Assembly (NCBI GenBank): GCA_051362555.1
Contig: CM120647.1
Span: forward strand, 8,122,001 to 8,186,000
Direction of reading: 5' to 3'
Origin: Lingula anatina
Lineage: Eukaryota > Animalia > Brachiopoda
DNA: 64,000 bases
The notes under the pieces: model-generated
The model's database searches: none
What the model was told of the DNA's origin: nothing
The model's input: the letters and a program-made list of their open reading frames with translations, nothing else
In this document: positions 39,235-54,400 of the stretch, piece after piece
How the letters are laid out: every line of letters begins with the position of its first letter
How positions within the stretch are numbered: position 1 is the stretch's first letter
Made by a program: the position numbers and the translations under genes

Positions 39235-40996
39235 TATCACCCTGTCCCAGATGTGAGACACGCTGTGCCTCTCCCAGGTTCTCTACATTGCCTCAACTGA
39301 TGGAGTGATCGGGTGCCTCAATGCTGATGATGATGATGAGGTCGACAGTCAATTGGCATCAGTGTGAGTGAAGAAGTCCCTACTATTGGGATAAAAGCTC
39401 TCACAGGCACAGTTTGTATTTATGCTGTCAAAAAGTTTATAAATGAAGCGAAAAACAATTTAAAAGAATAAAGATTTTCTCAACATAATTGGCAATGCTG
39501 CACAGTGTTTAGCACGCACCAGAATTTGATGGCCAGATTAATGTGAGGGAGAGAAACAACCGCGATGCTTTGGGCATTTGTATTGCCTGCGGTAATGACT
39601 TCATGGTTAAATACATTGGGTTTTTATATAAACGCTGTACTAGATATTCACTTTTTTATTACAACAAGGATGAACTCGGCCTGCTCACTGCCTTAATTTG
39701 GTAGAGGTACTGAAGGCTCCATCTCGTACTAAAGACTCCATAGTCACCATTCAGAGGATTATAAGATGGTCTCTTGGGTATTTTTGTAAATCGCTAAATG
39801 CCACGTTTTATTTCCCGAGATGGATTAGGTGATACGTTCATATGAAATAGCATTATCCTGAAGCATCCTGCTCCCTCGGCTCGTGAAAGCGATTTTTTAT
39901 TCTTCGTCCTTAGTAATACAATGTAATTATACTACGTGATTCGTGATTTTCAACTCTCATTTTCAATGAGATATAAATAAAGTTTTATTTAATGTGATTT
40001 GTGAACTGATGGTTTATTTCCCTTGATCTGTGTTCACCCTTCCACACCCCCCTCCCCGCCCTAGTGGGGCTCTCTTACAGGGGAATGCAGATGGTTTCTA
40101 TGATAAACAGTTTAATTAAATCATTTTTCATCAAAAACATTAAATAATGAGGCAAAGTTTTGTCAGAAAGCGACTTTTTGTTACAACTAAACAGGCAGCA
40201 CAGGACTGACTCGAAATTTTACGACAGGTCGGATGCATACAATTGTAGTATAGAAGTGACCCCTTAAATGATGTAGAGAGGGGGCCCTTTGAACACATCT
40301 CCCAGTGGAGAGTCCTATAGGTTGGTACATCTGGACAACTTATCTCAAATGTGTTATCTACATGTATTAACCCATTCTTTGAGTACTGATGATGTTAAAA
40401 GCAAATTGAATGACAATATTTATAAGCTTTTGCAGGAGAAAATCTCCATGTAGGTCATATTTTTACTCGTGTAATTTCCCTTCTCTTCATGCATTGACAA
40501 AAAAATAGCTCTATAAACATGTTTTTTCAGCGTCATAAAGTCAGAGAGTTGCAACGTTTGCGGTTTGCACATTCTGTTGCATACTTATCATTTTTAAAAC
40601 ACAGTTTTGGAATGAATATAATAATTATAATGTGATAATGAAAATTCGCCGGTATTCTCTGGAAAAGAGCCCACGATACGCTAACAAAAACGAACATTAA
40701 TATTAATACATGTACATGTCACATTATACCGTTATAATAGTTCCCAGTTTTACATGAATGTAAATGACTAATGTTTTTTTTTTTTTTTTTTTTTCAATTT
40801 TACTTGTAGCTGCAAGATTCTAATCCTTCAAATATTTAATTTCACCTTTTGAGCTTCAAAAATACATACATACAGGGTATCATTAATTCTGCAATGTTCT
40901 GCTTGCAAAAGAGAATGACAATTATGCTATTTTTCCTTATATCCCAAAATTACAAAACGATTTATTTTAAATCTCATAACTAATGCAGTAACTTAC

Positions 40997-41105
40997 CGTC
41001 GATGATAGCCCTGCTTTAGTACTGACAACAATGAGCTTGTTTAGGGGCTGACGGTGCTTGTGACAGTCGCAACCTTTGTGACTTGGGAGAGCTAGACATG
41101 CGCAG
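40997..41105 (-). promoter_or_regulatory. Probable non-coding first exon and promoter of the DUF1647-like gene
   Basis: Strong minus-strand donor CG|GTAAGT (ACTTAC at 40991-40996), NRF1-like CATGCGCAG near 41100, and an acceptor at 37569 upstream of the ATG that needs an upstream exon. Confidence 0.4.
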
Positions 41106-42024
41106 TTGTGCTTCAAATGGTGCTAGTTTTCCCAAGTCTATACCCGTATCAGCCTACCTTTGTGGTTAGTTACAATTGTTTATTTTGCTCTCACGGATTT
41201 ATATTCAATAAGGCCACTACTTCCTCGCAGCACATTCCTGTAAAATGTAGTGACGCGTCGACTTTTGATTCCAAATGAAGACCCCCAGGCCATTCAAGCC
41301 AGAGGCTATCAACTTGTAACGCTATCAACACGTTACACCAGTGAAATATACAAAAAACGAAAAATTGCACTTTTTCAGTTTCAGTTCTCTAAACGAAATT
41401 TAACGATTTAATTTTATGGTTGCCACTACGATACCAATTAATTTATATATACAGTGAGTAAATACAATTTACATTGATGCTTGTAATAACCCAGTTAGTT
41501 AATTAAGTAACGATTTTCCTTATTTTCAATTTTTTCATGAAAAAGACCTCGACTACTACCCTTGTAGGGCTACATGTTGTAAATCGGTACAGGGGATGTA
41601 AACGCCCTTCATTAGATAAGCGGTTACTATTCGCTGTCCAACTATACCCTCTATGGGAGCATTCACAACCAACTAGTCCGCGGATCAAATATGGCGCGAC
41701 CCACTTGAAAGTAGGCCGACATTTAATTGGTCTGCCACTGTTAAGACAACCCGTGGGAAGCGGGGAATCTAATATATTATTTAATGCGGGCCGTGGAATT
41801 TCGTATTTCATTACTTATTTATATAATATTATGGTATGTTTTTCAAATAGGGCAGTTGGCACCGGTGCCCAAACAGGAAGACGAACATAACTACCAAATT
41901 AGCCACCTGTTTAACATTTTATTTCATGAACAAAAAGTGTGATGATAATGACATCGTCACCAATGTCCAGCGTCTTATACGTTCTGCTTCACAAAATAAT
42001 AACCAGTTTCTGGGTCAGTGTGAC

Positions 42025-45000
42025 CAAGGAGTTATAACAGAAGGAGATTACACGCGTGGGGGCGGAGCCCGTATTACGGTCTCTCATTGGTCGGAATGAA
42101 TAGAACCCAGAGAACAATGGATGCCTATCTCTGTTACGCTTAATTGTTGCTCTCGTTTAAATCTCGTTTGTTAGTATCTGTGCCTTCGTCTGTTGATTTT
42201 TGAGGACAGAAACAGAAACGGAGTCCCAAGTTTCTAAAAAATGAGAGAAATACAGAATTTATATGATATTACGTTGGACAAGGTTTTCAAAAAACAGGTA
42301 AGTGCTTTTAAATGCATAACTACACGAAATATGAAGATAAATTGCAACTTCTATGTCGTAGGGTCTCACTGTGTAAGTGTCCAGCTACACGTTGATCTCG
42401 CGAGGTGGTGTGTGGAGAATAAATATTGCACGAAAAATATTTCCCACTCATAACAAGTGCCTATAAATATAGTATCAGATGAAGAAAGTTTGGTCTTTAT
42501 ACAGTTGCAATTGTTAAGTAATTTGTGGCAATAGCAAAGAATAAAACTTAGGTGCACTTTCAGTAGCCGAATAACAAGCAGATGCTTAAGCCGCCATCTT
42601 GTTAATATTTCGAAAAAAAATTACTCCAAAAGACATTTTCCTCCTACTTTTTGAAACTTGTGTCACATGACAGTCATAAAATTTAACTAATTGTTATGTG
42701 TGCAACACACTTGCTTGAGCAGTATTGTTTTTTTTTTTTTGCGATTTTACATGTGGTCTAGCTTGGATACGACAATTGACAATTTTCATGAGTTCCGATC
42801 AAAAAGTGTTACGCTTGTTACGGCCAAAAGCCTTACCGCTTTTTGTACTTTTCAAATGCAAGATTATAAAAAAAATTGGTGTGTTTAGATTCTTGAACAT
42901 CTTGGTCGTGGCGTGGTATATATTGCATGGATGCTGCTCCAATATTTCTTGAAAAAAATAACCTGATTTGTTCAGAATACCAATTTTTTACTCTAGTGTT
43001 ATGGGTAAATGTACCATTTTGGCCTTTACCTTTTTCATGTTTAAATCTAAAAAGACTTATCATGACAGTTGGTCATCATTTTTCTTCTCACCATGGTGGG
43101 TGGCTTTGGAGTGGTAATTTTGTTGTTAAAGTAAAGTGCTCAGTTTTTTTGACTGGAAAATTTTGCCTCCACCCAGCATTTTCCATCATGGCGGTCTAAC
43201 AGGGAGTTTGACTTCAGTGTCTTTGGTATAGTTATTTTTAACTTATTTAGTCTTCTTTTTACATATATATGTTTTAATTCATATTAAACCTTTGAAAAAA
43301 GAACACACATGAATCCTGGTGCTTCTTAATTTAAAGTCTTAAGGTTTTAAGTTCACCTAGGCTCCACCAATTACTTTACCTGTTATCTCACTACACATCT
43401 CTCTTTGAGTCAAGGTGTGTAAGACACACCTTATTGTGTAAGACACCTCTATAATTAAGGGGTACTTGCTTCTCTACTAAATTATACTTCACTACTTTGG
43501 CATGTTAGGTGGCAAGCTTGGATGTTTCAGTTCATTTTAAGAAAGAAGCTTTGCCTTGGTGGTTACAAAAGAATAGAACTCTATTAAGGTTTATTAATTA
43601 CTTGAAATTAAATATTTCATCTTGTAGTGTTGAAACAGAAATTCTCTCAAAATTGATAATGAATTTGACATGCATATCTTAACACTACTCAAGTTTTTTT
43701 TTCTATTATAGATCTGGGAGAAGGCTGCATTGAATATATGAATTATGGTCAGGTTGGAAAAAATTAAAATATGTCAATGAAAAAAGGAGGTCAGTGTGTC
43801 TGGGGTAAGTTACTTTTGTCATAATGCCTAAGATGCATTAAACATTCACTAACAACAGTACCCTTTTTAATTTTTTTTTCAAAATACAACAACCTTGGGC
43901 ATTTTCCTTTTAGCAACCAGCCTCTCTGAAATCCCCTTTTTGTCCTGTCAGAAGAGTAGGAACCAGGGCGGATTTAAATAATTTCTTGTAATAAGTACAA
44001 TTTCTTTCAATTTCTTGGGGTTATTAGCTTGTGATCATGAATCTTGATGTTCTATATAAATTTAGTTGTAAATTGTTCATTTATGTGGTGAACATTATTT
44101 CAGTCAAGTCATAACAAGACACATTAAACTTCACTGCGTAATTCCATAATGTCTACATGGATACTAGTAGTTCATAATGCTATTATTGTTTTTTTTTCTA
44201 ACCTACAGGTTTCTCTCTTTTCTGAGTGGCATGGCATTAGCAAGGCAGAAGAAAAGGCCCTGAAGAAATTCTCACTTGAGTTGTCCTTTTTGGAGAAGAA
44301 ACTGGATAAGACTGGCCAACAGAGATTGCATTAAATTAATAGTGCTCCTTTATGACATTTTAAAATATTTTCATTCACCTAACTGACTCTATACATTGCA
44401 AAAGTGGACATAAATTTTGTTACTGTTACGTGGAAAAAATTCAAAACCTATATATAAATTGTTGAGTGCCATGGTATAACAGTCTACCTGATTGCCAGTG
44501 AAATTTCTGTTTCAGTGAAATTTCTTTAAAGCAGTCACTTACTGCTTACTTACCAGTTAATTTTTTCAGCTGTTACATTTTATAAATGTTCTTACTAAGT
44601 GTTGTCTTGATCTATAATAACCTTTTGAAAATCCCATGTTTTTTATCCTACTTGTAAGAATTAACCACTTTATCTTCTAGGATTTTTTTTTTCATTCGGC
44701 CCATTAGATTCTCAGACCTTGCTGGCCTGTAAGTGGAATAGTATCTGGCACAGACTGGTATCAGCAAGTCAGATAAAGAAGAATATAATTATTTCTATTT
44801 GCACGGTTGAAAAAAATGCCATCATAGACTGCATAAAACTGGAAAACTGTAGCAACTTAATCCTTCTTATGACTTCATTTATTACTGCTTATGTGTAAAA
44901 TTTTTGTTTTTGTTCTTCTATTGATATAATAAAATGGTTTTACTCACAGATGCTACTTTCATGAGTATAGAGTGCTTGAGTATAGAGTTGACTTAAAAGA

Positions 45001-45897
45001 TTTTTTAAGTTAATATAGTAAATAATAGTTTGAAATTCAATATTCTCATCTTTATTTGTTTCACTTTAAAGAGCTCGGTGAATACTAAAATTTCTGATAT
45101 ATTTTGTACATAAATATATTTATGAATGAATAAAAATTATTCTTAATGTATGGCACTGTGCACTTGTTTACCGACAAATATGAACAGTGTTAGTACGTGT
45201 CAAATAATCCTGAAAAAAAGGGAAATTTCCAAAATAAAGAAATTTATAACGAGTATTCAGTAAACTGACGTGTCGTGGCATTGCCTCAACCTTGGATTAA
45301 AATTTTAATTAAATGCATTATAATATTAAAATTATACCGAGTGAGAAAAAAAATACTTTAAGAAATTTAAAACCAGACATAAAGCGTAGGCACTGTCACA
45401 ATGTATATGTTTATGGGACCCAAGGGCAGGAGGGTCCAAACGTTAATGTATTAATATTATGTCCTTTTGCAGTGAGGACAGACGTTCACTTGAATGTCAT
45501 TTTCACAAACCACAGTTGGGACGTTTTCTTTTGACTTCTCCTTGGTGATTTTTCACCGGGTTGTGCCATAAAAAAGCCATCTATCACCGACTAAAAAGTT
45601 CATGGCAACCATCCTCAGTCACCACCTTATAATCGCTTTCTATGATATCGTTCCCTTCCAGCACATCGTCCAAATAATTACCTGTGAAAAAAATCGTCAG
45701 CATACAGCGGCGCTTTGACATTACTGATCTCGAATTCTAACGCGAAATAACGCATATGAAATTTATCTCCAAGCTGAGGAGAGCGACGCAGACGAAACCT
45801 TGAGACCGGAGGCCCCCCGTAGCTAGCTCCGCCCACCGTAACAGACATCGGACAATAGAAAGGCTTGCGTGTAATCTCCTTCTGTTATAACTCCTTG
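42025..45897. mobile_element. 3.87-kb P-element-like non-autonomous DNA transposon
   Basis: Perfect 31-bp TIR CAAGGAGTTATAACAGAAGGAGATTACACGC, 7-bp TSD GTGTGAC (42018-42024, 45898-45904), CA..TG ends, GC boxes inside both ends, no transposase ORF. Confidence 0.85.
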
Positions 45898-48195
45898 GTG
45901 TGACCCATTAAATTTTATGATAAATATCTAGGTCAATGTAACTCTCTGATGACGGTTATCCAGGATATGGGCCAATGTTGCACACTAACGATGGTTATTT
46001 GGTGCAGTATCCGAGTCAGCATGATCTGTTAATATGAAAATTTGTCATTAGACTTTACCGCTTAAGAATAAAAAAATATTAAAAAGCTATCTGATCATTT
46101 ACCAGTAGGTCTTTGCTGTATACAAGTTAATATTTTCTCTTACTATATGGGTACATTCGTACATTGGCAGGTTTGCAATGTTCATCCAAGTTCATTTAAA
46201 ATGTTGCTGTATTTAAATTATATATCAAATATGGTATGTTCTAAGTATATTTTAGGTAAAACAAATGCTGAACATGGTAGTTGCTTACATATGTTTATAA
46301 ATGTTTTTAAGTGTTAATAACAGCATTTGCATGTACATGTAGCTAGAAGTATAAGTACTGATACAGTAAACATGTGTCAGTAAATATAAATTGACCTTGC
46401 CCCTTTGATTTAAATGTACTCACTATTGATAGCTTTGTCACAATTTAGTTAACAATAATTATCCAAGGGTGATAATTTATCATTTTGTTTATTCTTATTT
46501 ATTCGATGCAGCATTTATACAGTATTTCAACGCCAAAAGTACAGCCTTTTGATGGACAAATACAGTACATGTAGCATTAGAAAAAATTAACAATGTAAAA
46601 TGCATTATGGTATTGGTAAACAATAACATTGGTATTTCTGATGCCAACGCTATCACACCAGACAAAATGTATATGTATATGTCGCACTGTGAACTACCCA
46701 CAATGCCTGCACATTGTACTCGTATGTCTAACATTCATGAGAATTAAAACTAAGTGGCAGTAAAACAATCATAAATTATAACATAACTAGTGCATATAAA
46801 ATACAATCATTCATCAAATAACAGTGGTCACACTCAAGCCGGAAAGTGTCTACATAAAACTTAAATACTAACAAAAAATATAAGGTGAAGGATACTGGCA
46901 GTATAGCAATACTTGTAGAATACAGAGTGCTTTGTACATACTTCAATTGTTTTTCGTTTGTAATCTTTGGCAGTTGTTCCATACAAAGAACCAATAAAGG
47001 AATAATAATCTACCCTGAACTGCATGTACTTGTACCCCATATACTTACATAATATTGACCTTGACCTATTTATGCACACTGACCTTAACTTGACCTATTT
47101 GTGCATTCACTGGCTTAACCTTGACCTACATGGCCTGTCCTTGACCTAATCCTGGTCATTTTTCTAACTACAAATAAACATGGGGACATTTTGCTGTTTG
47201 GCTGCTAAACTGAATACACAATTCAAAACAAATCAAATGAAAACAAACGGGTGAAAACAAAACTGAAACATTTAAACTGGGTTCAGATATGAAAAACTAC
47301 CAGAAAAAAAATTGTAATGAAGTTAAAAAATTGTGTGGCAAAGCTAACATTAGCACAAGGAGTTTAAGATTTATTTTTCTTTTCCTTATTTTTTTCTTTT
47401 TTTTTTTTTAGGTTATCATTTTGACTAATAAATAAAATTTGCACTGGGAAGACATTCATGCTCTGCTAACACAGCTCTTATACATGTACATGTAACAGTA
47501 GGGCACATTTATGTATATATCTGCACAAATATACATGTTTTTGTAGTTAGTCTTATCGACTTAAAATTCACTTTCCAATTGGCAAAATCAAACTTGGTAT
47601 TCTGCAACAATGGTTGTCTGTATACAGACCCACTCGATTTTATCTGTTGAAATTTTCTTAAAAATCCAATCCCTTCATTACCATTATTTACTATAAAGGT
47701 TTTTTTTATTTTTTATCATTATTTTTTTAAATATTGTTAAACAATGAAGTGCATTCTAAAAATAAATTCAATCAAAACCCAAACTGAGCAATTCACTATT
47801 CACAGTTATAACTTGGAACGATTTTGCCTGTTGCAATCTTGGAAATCATTCCTGGACCAAAAAAATTCTTAATATGTGCGATCTTGGATCACATTGCAAA
47901 ACAATTATCATAAATTTAACATTCAGCAACCCTACTATCAATGTACTCTAAACTTTATTTCCTATTCATTCAACTCCTTTTGAAACATGTGCGATGATTT
48001 TACTGAATTTTGAAAGAACTTTCCCCTATAACACATCCGTGATGTCTTGGACCAATCAATTGACTTAGTTTCATCTTTTTCTGCCTACTTCAGAAATACT
48101 ATGCATCAAATTCAACCTTCATTCTTTCTTGTTATAATTTTGACCTTCCCTTGTTTCTTCTAGCAATTTTCTCCAATCACATGACCTAAGACCTC

Positions 48196-51100
48196 TCAGT
48201 GCGGAACTAGCAATCTCAACCCAGCAAAGAGGGCAGCACTGATGCCACCGCTAACTGGCAGTGTCACAATCCATGCCAAAAAAATGTTACGGAAAAGTTT
48301 CCAGTCCACGTTCGCTCTTGATCGGAACCTCCCGACACTTACGATGGATCCCACTTTACAATGCGTGGTGCTGACAGGAATGCCGATATTGGATGCAACG
48401 AGGACAGTGAGGGCGGAGCCAATCTCAATACAAAAACCACTGAAATAAAAAAGGAGGCAATCTTACCCTTCACATTATGTGTACAAGGTGCTAACTCCCA
48501 GTCAATGGAAAATTTAAATTACCAATTTTATTTTTTTTTATACGTAATGTCTTTATTATTTATTATTTAGTAATATTTGCAAGCAGCACAGACAAGCTTA
48601 GCAGATCTGCACATGTATTCAGGTAGGCACTGCATTTAATCTTTTAACATTTTGCAAACAGATGCCATTTCTGGCAAAGTTTCTACAAGGTCTGGACTTG
48701 AGTTTTTAACCACCATAAATACACTGTACTGCACCAATGCACAATTTCTGAAATGAAATCATTAATCTACGCACAAGCTTTTGCTGAAATTATCTTAATT
48801 CACTTATTAGTTTATTTAAAAACTTACTTTCTAAAATTTTGAACTAAAAGGCATTATCCCACATCTTTCTATCTCTGACACACACATGCACGCGCACACA
48901 TCCACGCATGCACACACACATCCCCACTCTGACATACTCATGGTCTTGACGCCCATCAATCATTACCTTGAGGGCGTGATCTTGGTAAGGTCCTCCCCCA
49001 TAGTCTTAATGACACGCCTCCCCCAGACAAACAGGCCAATAGAAATGCCTACTCCACCATAGAGGAGGATCCAAATGGGCGTGGCAGACTTCTGCTGGGC
49101 ACTCCCTTCCAGACCAATGATCCACAGAGCAACCAGGGGACCTATTGCATTGCTGTAATAAAAAGATAATAATCAAGGGGTGGTGAAACAAAGGGTAATG
49201 ACTAGATCTTTCAGTGGGCAAACATGATTTATCTTTCAGAAACTTTATTAAGGAATCACAAAAAAATTATGTTTTTACGACCACCACTGCCATAGACACC
49301 AATGGTCAACGTAGTCTTAAAGTTACTGAAATAAAAAAAAAATTATGGAGTGGTAGCAACAAAACTGAAAAGCCGGCTACCCCATAGTTTTTTCTAAACA
49401 GTAAAAGCACCCCAATAGGCCCCATAGGCCCCATTCCCATTGAAACTATCAGTCTGTGTAGGTCCATCCAATTCCGCGAGGACTCAAGCTGAAATGTGAT
49501 GTTTCGCCCTGTCATCAGAGGGCCTCATTAATTTTTTTCCATTGTAATATAAGAGATGCTACAGCAAATCTTTTTCAATACAAAAAGAACAGTTCATGTA
49601 CACTGACTTTATTTCGTAATTCACTAGCTTAAAGAGCTTATTTTATTTATTTATTTATTTTTTTTTTTTTTTTGGGGGGGGGGGCAAGGGGGGCTAGAAA
49701 TGATTTATTCCGGCTGCCCGACTTCATTGAGTAATTACCCTAAATAAATCATACCTGACATCGTTACCACCGTGAGCAAAAGATCCAAAAATAGCTGTCA
49801 AAATTTGCAGCCATGAAAACAGTTTAACAGATTCTGGACTGTCCTTTATAGACTCTCGCTCCTTCTTCTGGGCCTGAAATGAAAAGATGAAAATCATAGA
49901 GTCAGAGAGAAAAGTGGGCTTTAAAAAAAAAAAATCTTAAAATTGCTACCAGCAGATTTAAATGCATGTGTATAAATACTGTGTTACATTTAAGGGGAAT
50001 TTGTTCATCTGTAATATCAAAAATATGTACAATAATCTGTTATTTCATTTTTTTTTTTTTTCAAGACTCAATTTTTGGGGAATTTTCTGCAAAATGTAAC
50101 TCCTTATGATGTTCAGATTTCAAAACCATCAGTTTGGGGAAATTTCCATTCTTGAAAATTTAGTCATAGTTGAAAATTTTGTCAGAAGACCATTCTATGC
50201 CAACGCAATTCTTTTCACATTGAAAATGCTGTCAAACTTGAAAATTAGCCTCTTAATAATTTTGAAAAATTTGTCACCTAATATGGCCATGTTAGGTTCA
50301 CAGACTTAAAAATATTTATCAATTTTTAAGTGATGAAATTTTCAAGTTTTAAACATATCTTTTTTCTTTTTATTTTTCATTAACTCCTACCTCCAAGTCC
50401 TGACTGCTAGCTGGAGAATATTCCATGTTGCTGCTGTCAGAGATATCTAGCTTCACTGTTCCATTTGTGACTAAAAGAAACCAAAATTTAAAATCTTGAC
50501 AAACAGATACTTATTACATCACTTTTTTTACTATGTTTGTTATCTCCCACCAACTACTTTGGGCTTATTAAGAAAAACAGCAACAAAATGATATGCAATA
50601 ACCCCTTTCTTATTTCAATCTTAATTTGGGAAACATCATAGCAAAAAAAAAAAAATATATATATATATATATATAGATAGATAGATAGAAAAATAGATAT
50701 AGCCAGGCCCAAAAGATGATCAACAATATATTGTATCAGTATCAATGCCAATGTGACCTATTTACATGTACATACCTTTGGGTGGTGTGGTCTTTCCTGG
50801 TCCAAACTCCTGTGTCAGTAATGTCTTGAAGGACTTCATTGATGGTGAGGGGGTAACGTCCTGATGACCAAAAAAATAAAAAATAAATAAAAAATAAAAA
50901 CATGTCCTCATATTTCTTAAATAAACTACCCCTAAATCCCAAGTGTGATGAACAAACCATTTTGTAAATTCATCACAGAAAACTGACAAGAGACAATGGA
51001 ATAATTTACTGGGCAGACAATTCCTGTTTATAATAACTTTTGTTATTGATTTATAAGCATTTCACTGAAAATCAATAAGGCAAAATATTACAGGCATCTT

Positions 51101-51426
51101 ATATTGGATGGCAGAATACCAAGAAAACTTGACAGACAGACAGACAAACTTCTAAGTCTGGGTTTTGAAATCAAAATCATAACCAATCCTCTGAATAAAT
51201 ACTTGGATAAGAATTTGAGTATGTTTATAATGACATACCTGAACGCGCTTCACTGTGGGGACAAGTTTTTCTTTTTCCTTCTCCTCGTCTTCTTTCACCA
51301 GGTGTGTCAGTAACTGGGCACCACTCTTCACTGAAATGGTTCAAACGTTAAATTATTGAGACAGCAAGACAGAGAGAATGAAAGAGAAATGGGGGGAGGT
51401 AGAACAAAAACTAGATTTGCTCTTTA

Positions 51427-51472
<46 letters not shown>

Positions 51473-54400
51473 AATCATTTTATTCAAAAAAGAAAACAAG
51501 GCAGCAACGCTGTCAATTGTATAGACATTACACAAAAAATACCCATGACACTGCACAAAATGGTTTTCTGTTCTTTGTCAATTTGTATTCAATTTACAAA
51601 ATGTTTAACAGCATAACTACCACCACATATATTAAATTTATTATTAAAATTCTTCTAAGTTTATGATATCAAGTAGAAAACTGTCTGTAGGTCCATCAAA
51701 GTATATTTATGAAAAGTGGTTGTGGCGGAGCTGTGATGGAGATATGAGCAAATATTTATGAAAAGTGGTTGTGGCAGAGCTGTGATGGAGATATCAGCAA
51801 ATATTTATGAAAAGTGGTTGTGGCAGAGCTGTGATGGAGATATCAGCAAATATTTATGAAAAGTGGTTGTGGTGGAGCTGTGATGGAGATATCAGCAAAT
51901 ATTTATGAAAAGTGGTTGTGGCAGAGCTGTGATGGAGATGTCAGCAAATATTTATGAAAAGTGGTTGTGGCGGAGCTGTAATGGAGATATGAGCAAATAT
52001 TTATGAAAAGTGATTGTGGCAGAGCTGTGATGGAGATGTCAGCAAATATTTATGAAAAGTGGTTGTGGCGGAGCTGTGATGGAGATGTCAAAAAACATTG
52101 TAAGAGGTTGCAAACTGTGATAGAGCAACATGAAGATATGACACTTGTAAATTCATAAGTGTGATATCCCACTCATTCATATTTGTTTGAAATTTGCAGT
52201 GTTTTGAAAGAAAAAAATTAATCTTTCTATTAAAATATTTTAATTGTTTGCATGTTACAGAAAGTAAACTGAATTTCTAAAATCAAAAAGTTCAAATATG
52301 TAATGCTTACCTGATCCGTTCTCAGTTGGTTTTTCAGGCATAATAATGGGATTTTCCATTGATTCTGTGTAAGACGGCCTTCTTGAACTGTCAGCTGAAA
52401 ATAAATAAATAAATAAGTTAAATACATTAATTAACAAATAAATATATTATTTCATACAGTGATTCCATAAATTCTTTTGCTTGTGACAGACATTTCATTG
52501 AGATTAAAAGTATACTATATACATATGAAAATGACCCAAAGGTCATATTTTTATGTCTATAAATATCCTGCAAAGCTATTTATCTTTCATAATTCTTAAA
52601 TACTTCAATAAGGTATTGTTTTGAGCCATGTTCATATAGCCATGTTTACCCTAATATAAAACTATTTCACTAAATAGATATATTTTGTGTCTAGTGGACA
52701 AAAAGTTTTGGTCTAAAAGTTGAAAGCAGTTCTCAGGTACAATTATTTTGTGCAGCTGGCTATAGGTCTGAAGTCCACCACTCTGCTGGCACTTTTCTAA
52801 ATTTATCCTTATTCAAAAAATTATCCGTATTCAAAAAAATCAAGAAAATGCTAGTACTGAGCTTCACATGGGTGGTCGTAAAGGGGGAGGGGGTAGGTAG
52901 GTCAACCATGAATGATTCTCCGACTGCAGACGTGACATCCATGTGAACGAGACAAAAATAAAACTGAGACTAAAATCAAGAAAAGACAGAACAAGCAGGG
53001 AATACATTACTACAGGTCACTTGACTCTGGAAGTAGAGAAACTTATTCAGCCAAAATAAAAAAAAAAGTGGACTTATTCGGCCAAAGTAAGGAATTCACA
53101 AGAGCTGCATAAAGAATCAAGTTGCAGGAAATTCACCTGGTATCATTTCGACCAATTAATTTATTCTTTGTAGCAAGATGGGACTAGCAGGAGGACCTGG
53201 CTTAAAGTTTAGATACATGGTTAATCAATGATATCCTATCCCAAGTTTTTTCACCAAATGGGATCTTCAAGAAAACAGCCATTTTTGTTTTTATTTATTT
53301 ATTTATTTATTTTAATTTATTTTTTTATTTATTTATTTTTTTATTTATTTATTTATTTATTATTATTTTTTTTTTTTTTTGCTCATGACTTGACCTGTCT
53401 CTGGACTAGGATTAAATATCTTTGTGCATGCATTTGTAATAAAAATATTCATTCATGATTCTCAATATCTCAATTTCTCAATATTATTTACATTTATTTC
53501 AGGTGTTTTACTATTCTTAAGGTCTATTTTGGGAAAGATAAGCAGATATATATGCAGGATGTGTAGACAGATAATACCTCCTTGTAACAAAAAACATACA
53601 GTAAACATTTAAATGTCTAAATTTACTCGAAAACTCGAAAACATCACGACTTTAAAACTGTTTCAATTCTAAACAAGGCTTTCAATGCAAATTCACTTTT
53701 CCCAGACAGGAAAGTAAAAAACGAGACAATGAGACAGCCGAAGCCATGCGCAGTCTGGAAAATCCAGACATAATCGGGTCACTTATCTTACAGGTGAAAG
53801 GCAGGTGTTTAGGGGTACAAAAGTTAAGATCATGTGTCTGTTCTGACGGCTCAGACAAGATCTTGGCAAACAAAAATAAACTAATCTGTTGCTATGAGCT
53901 TACAGTAACTGTGTAAAATTCTCAAACCCCTCACTTATTCCATTATCTCACTCTTTCAAGGTTCACCATTTTCCCTCAAAATGTGCCTTCTAACTGACAA
54001 AAAAACAACTGATTTTTCATAGCTTTAGAATAAGATTATAAGTTTTTTTTTTTTTAATATGAGCACATATACATGTAATTTGCACTGTGGAGATTCATAA
54101 ACACATTTCATTGGAATTCAATTAGTAGTTACAGTATGCATTAACTCTACTAGGGGCAAATGGACACTGACTTTTAAATAAATAAATATGTAAACACATG
54201 ACAAGGGGTGTCAACAAGACGTCCAAAGGTCTGGTAAAGGACACTCGAGACATTAAATCTATTACCTCTTCTTAAGTTCACAGCCTGATAAACCAAGACC
54301 TTAAATAACCAGACTGGGGACAGGGAATTTCCAAACATACATGTACCACACAAATGCTCTACTGATTAAAAAATATATTTTTTGAATTCATGAAATTTTC

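Noticed and set aside
43712-43804. In-frame TGAs read as selenocysteine codons
   Set aside because: No redox motif context and no SECIS recognised. Mutational decay is the simpler explanation.
45457-45700. Minus-strand exon or ORF inside the P-like element
   Set aside because: An acceptor-like site is present, but the frames I read close quickly and no THAP or transposase motif is visible.
51703-52091. CRISPR-like regular repeat
   Set aside because: Head-to-tail 49-bp units with no unique spacers, inside a eukaryotic intron, with no cas genes. It is a minisatellite.
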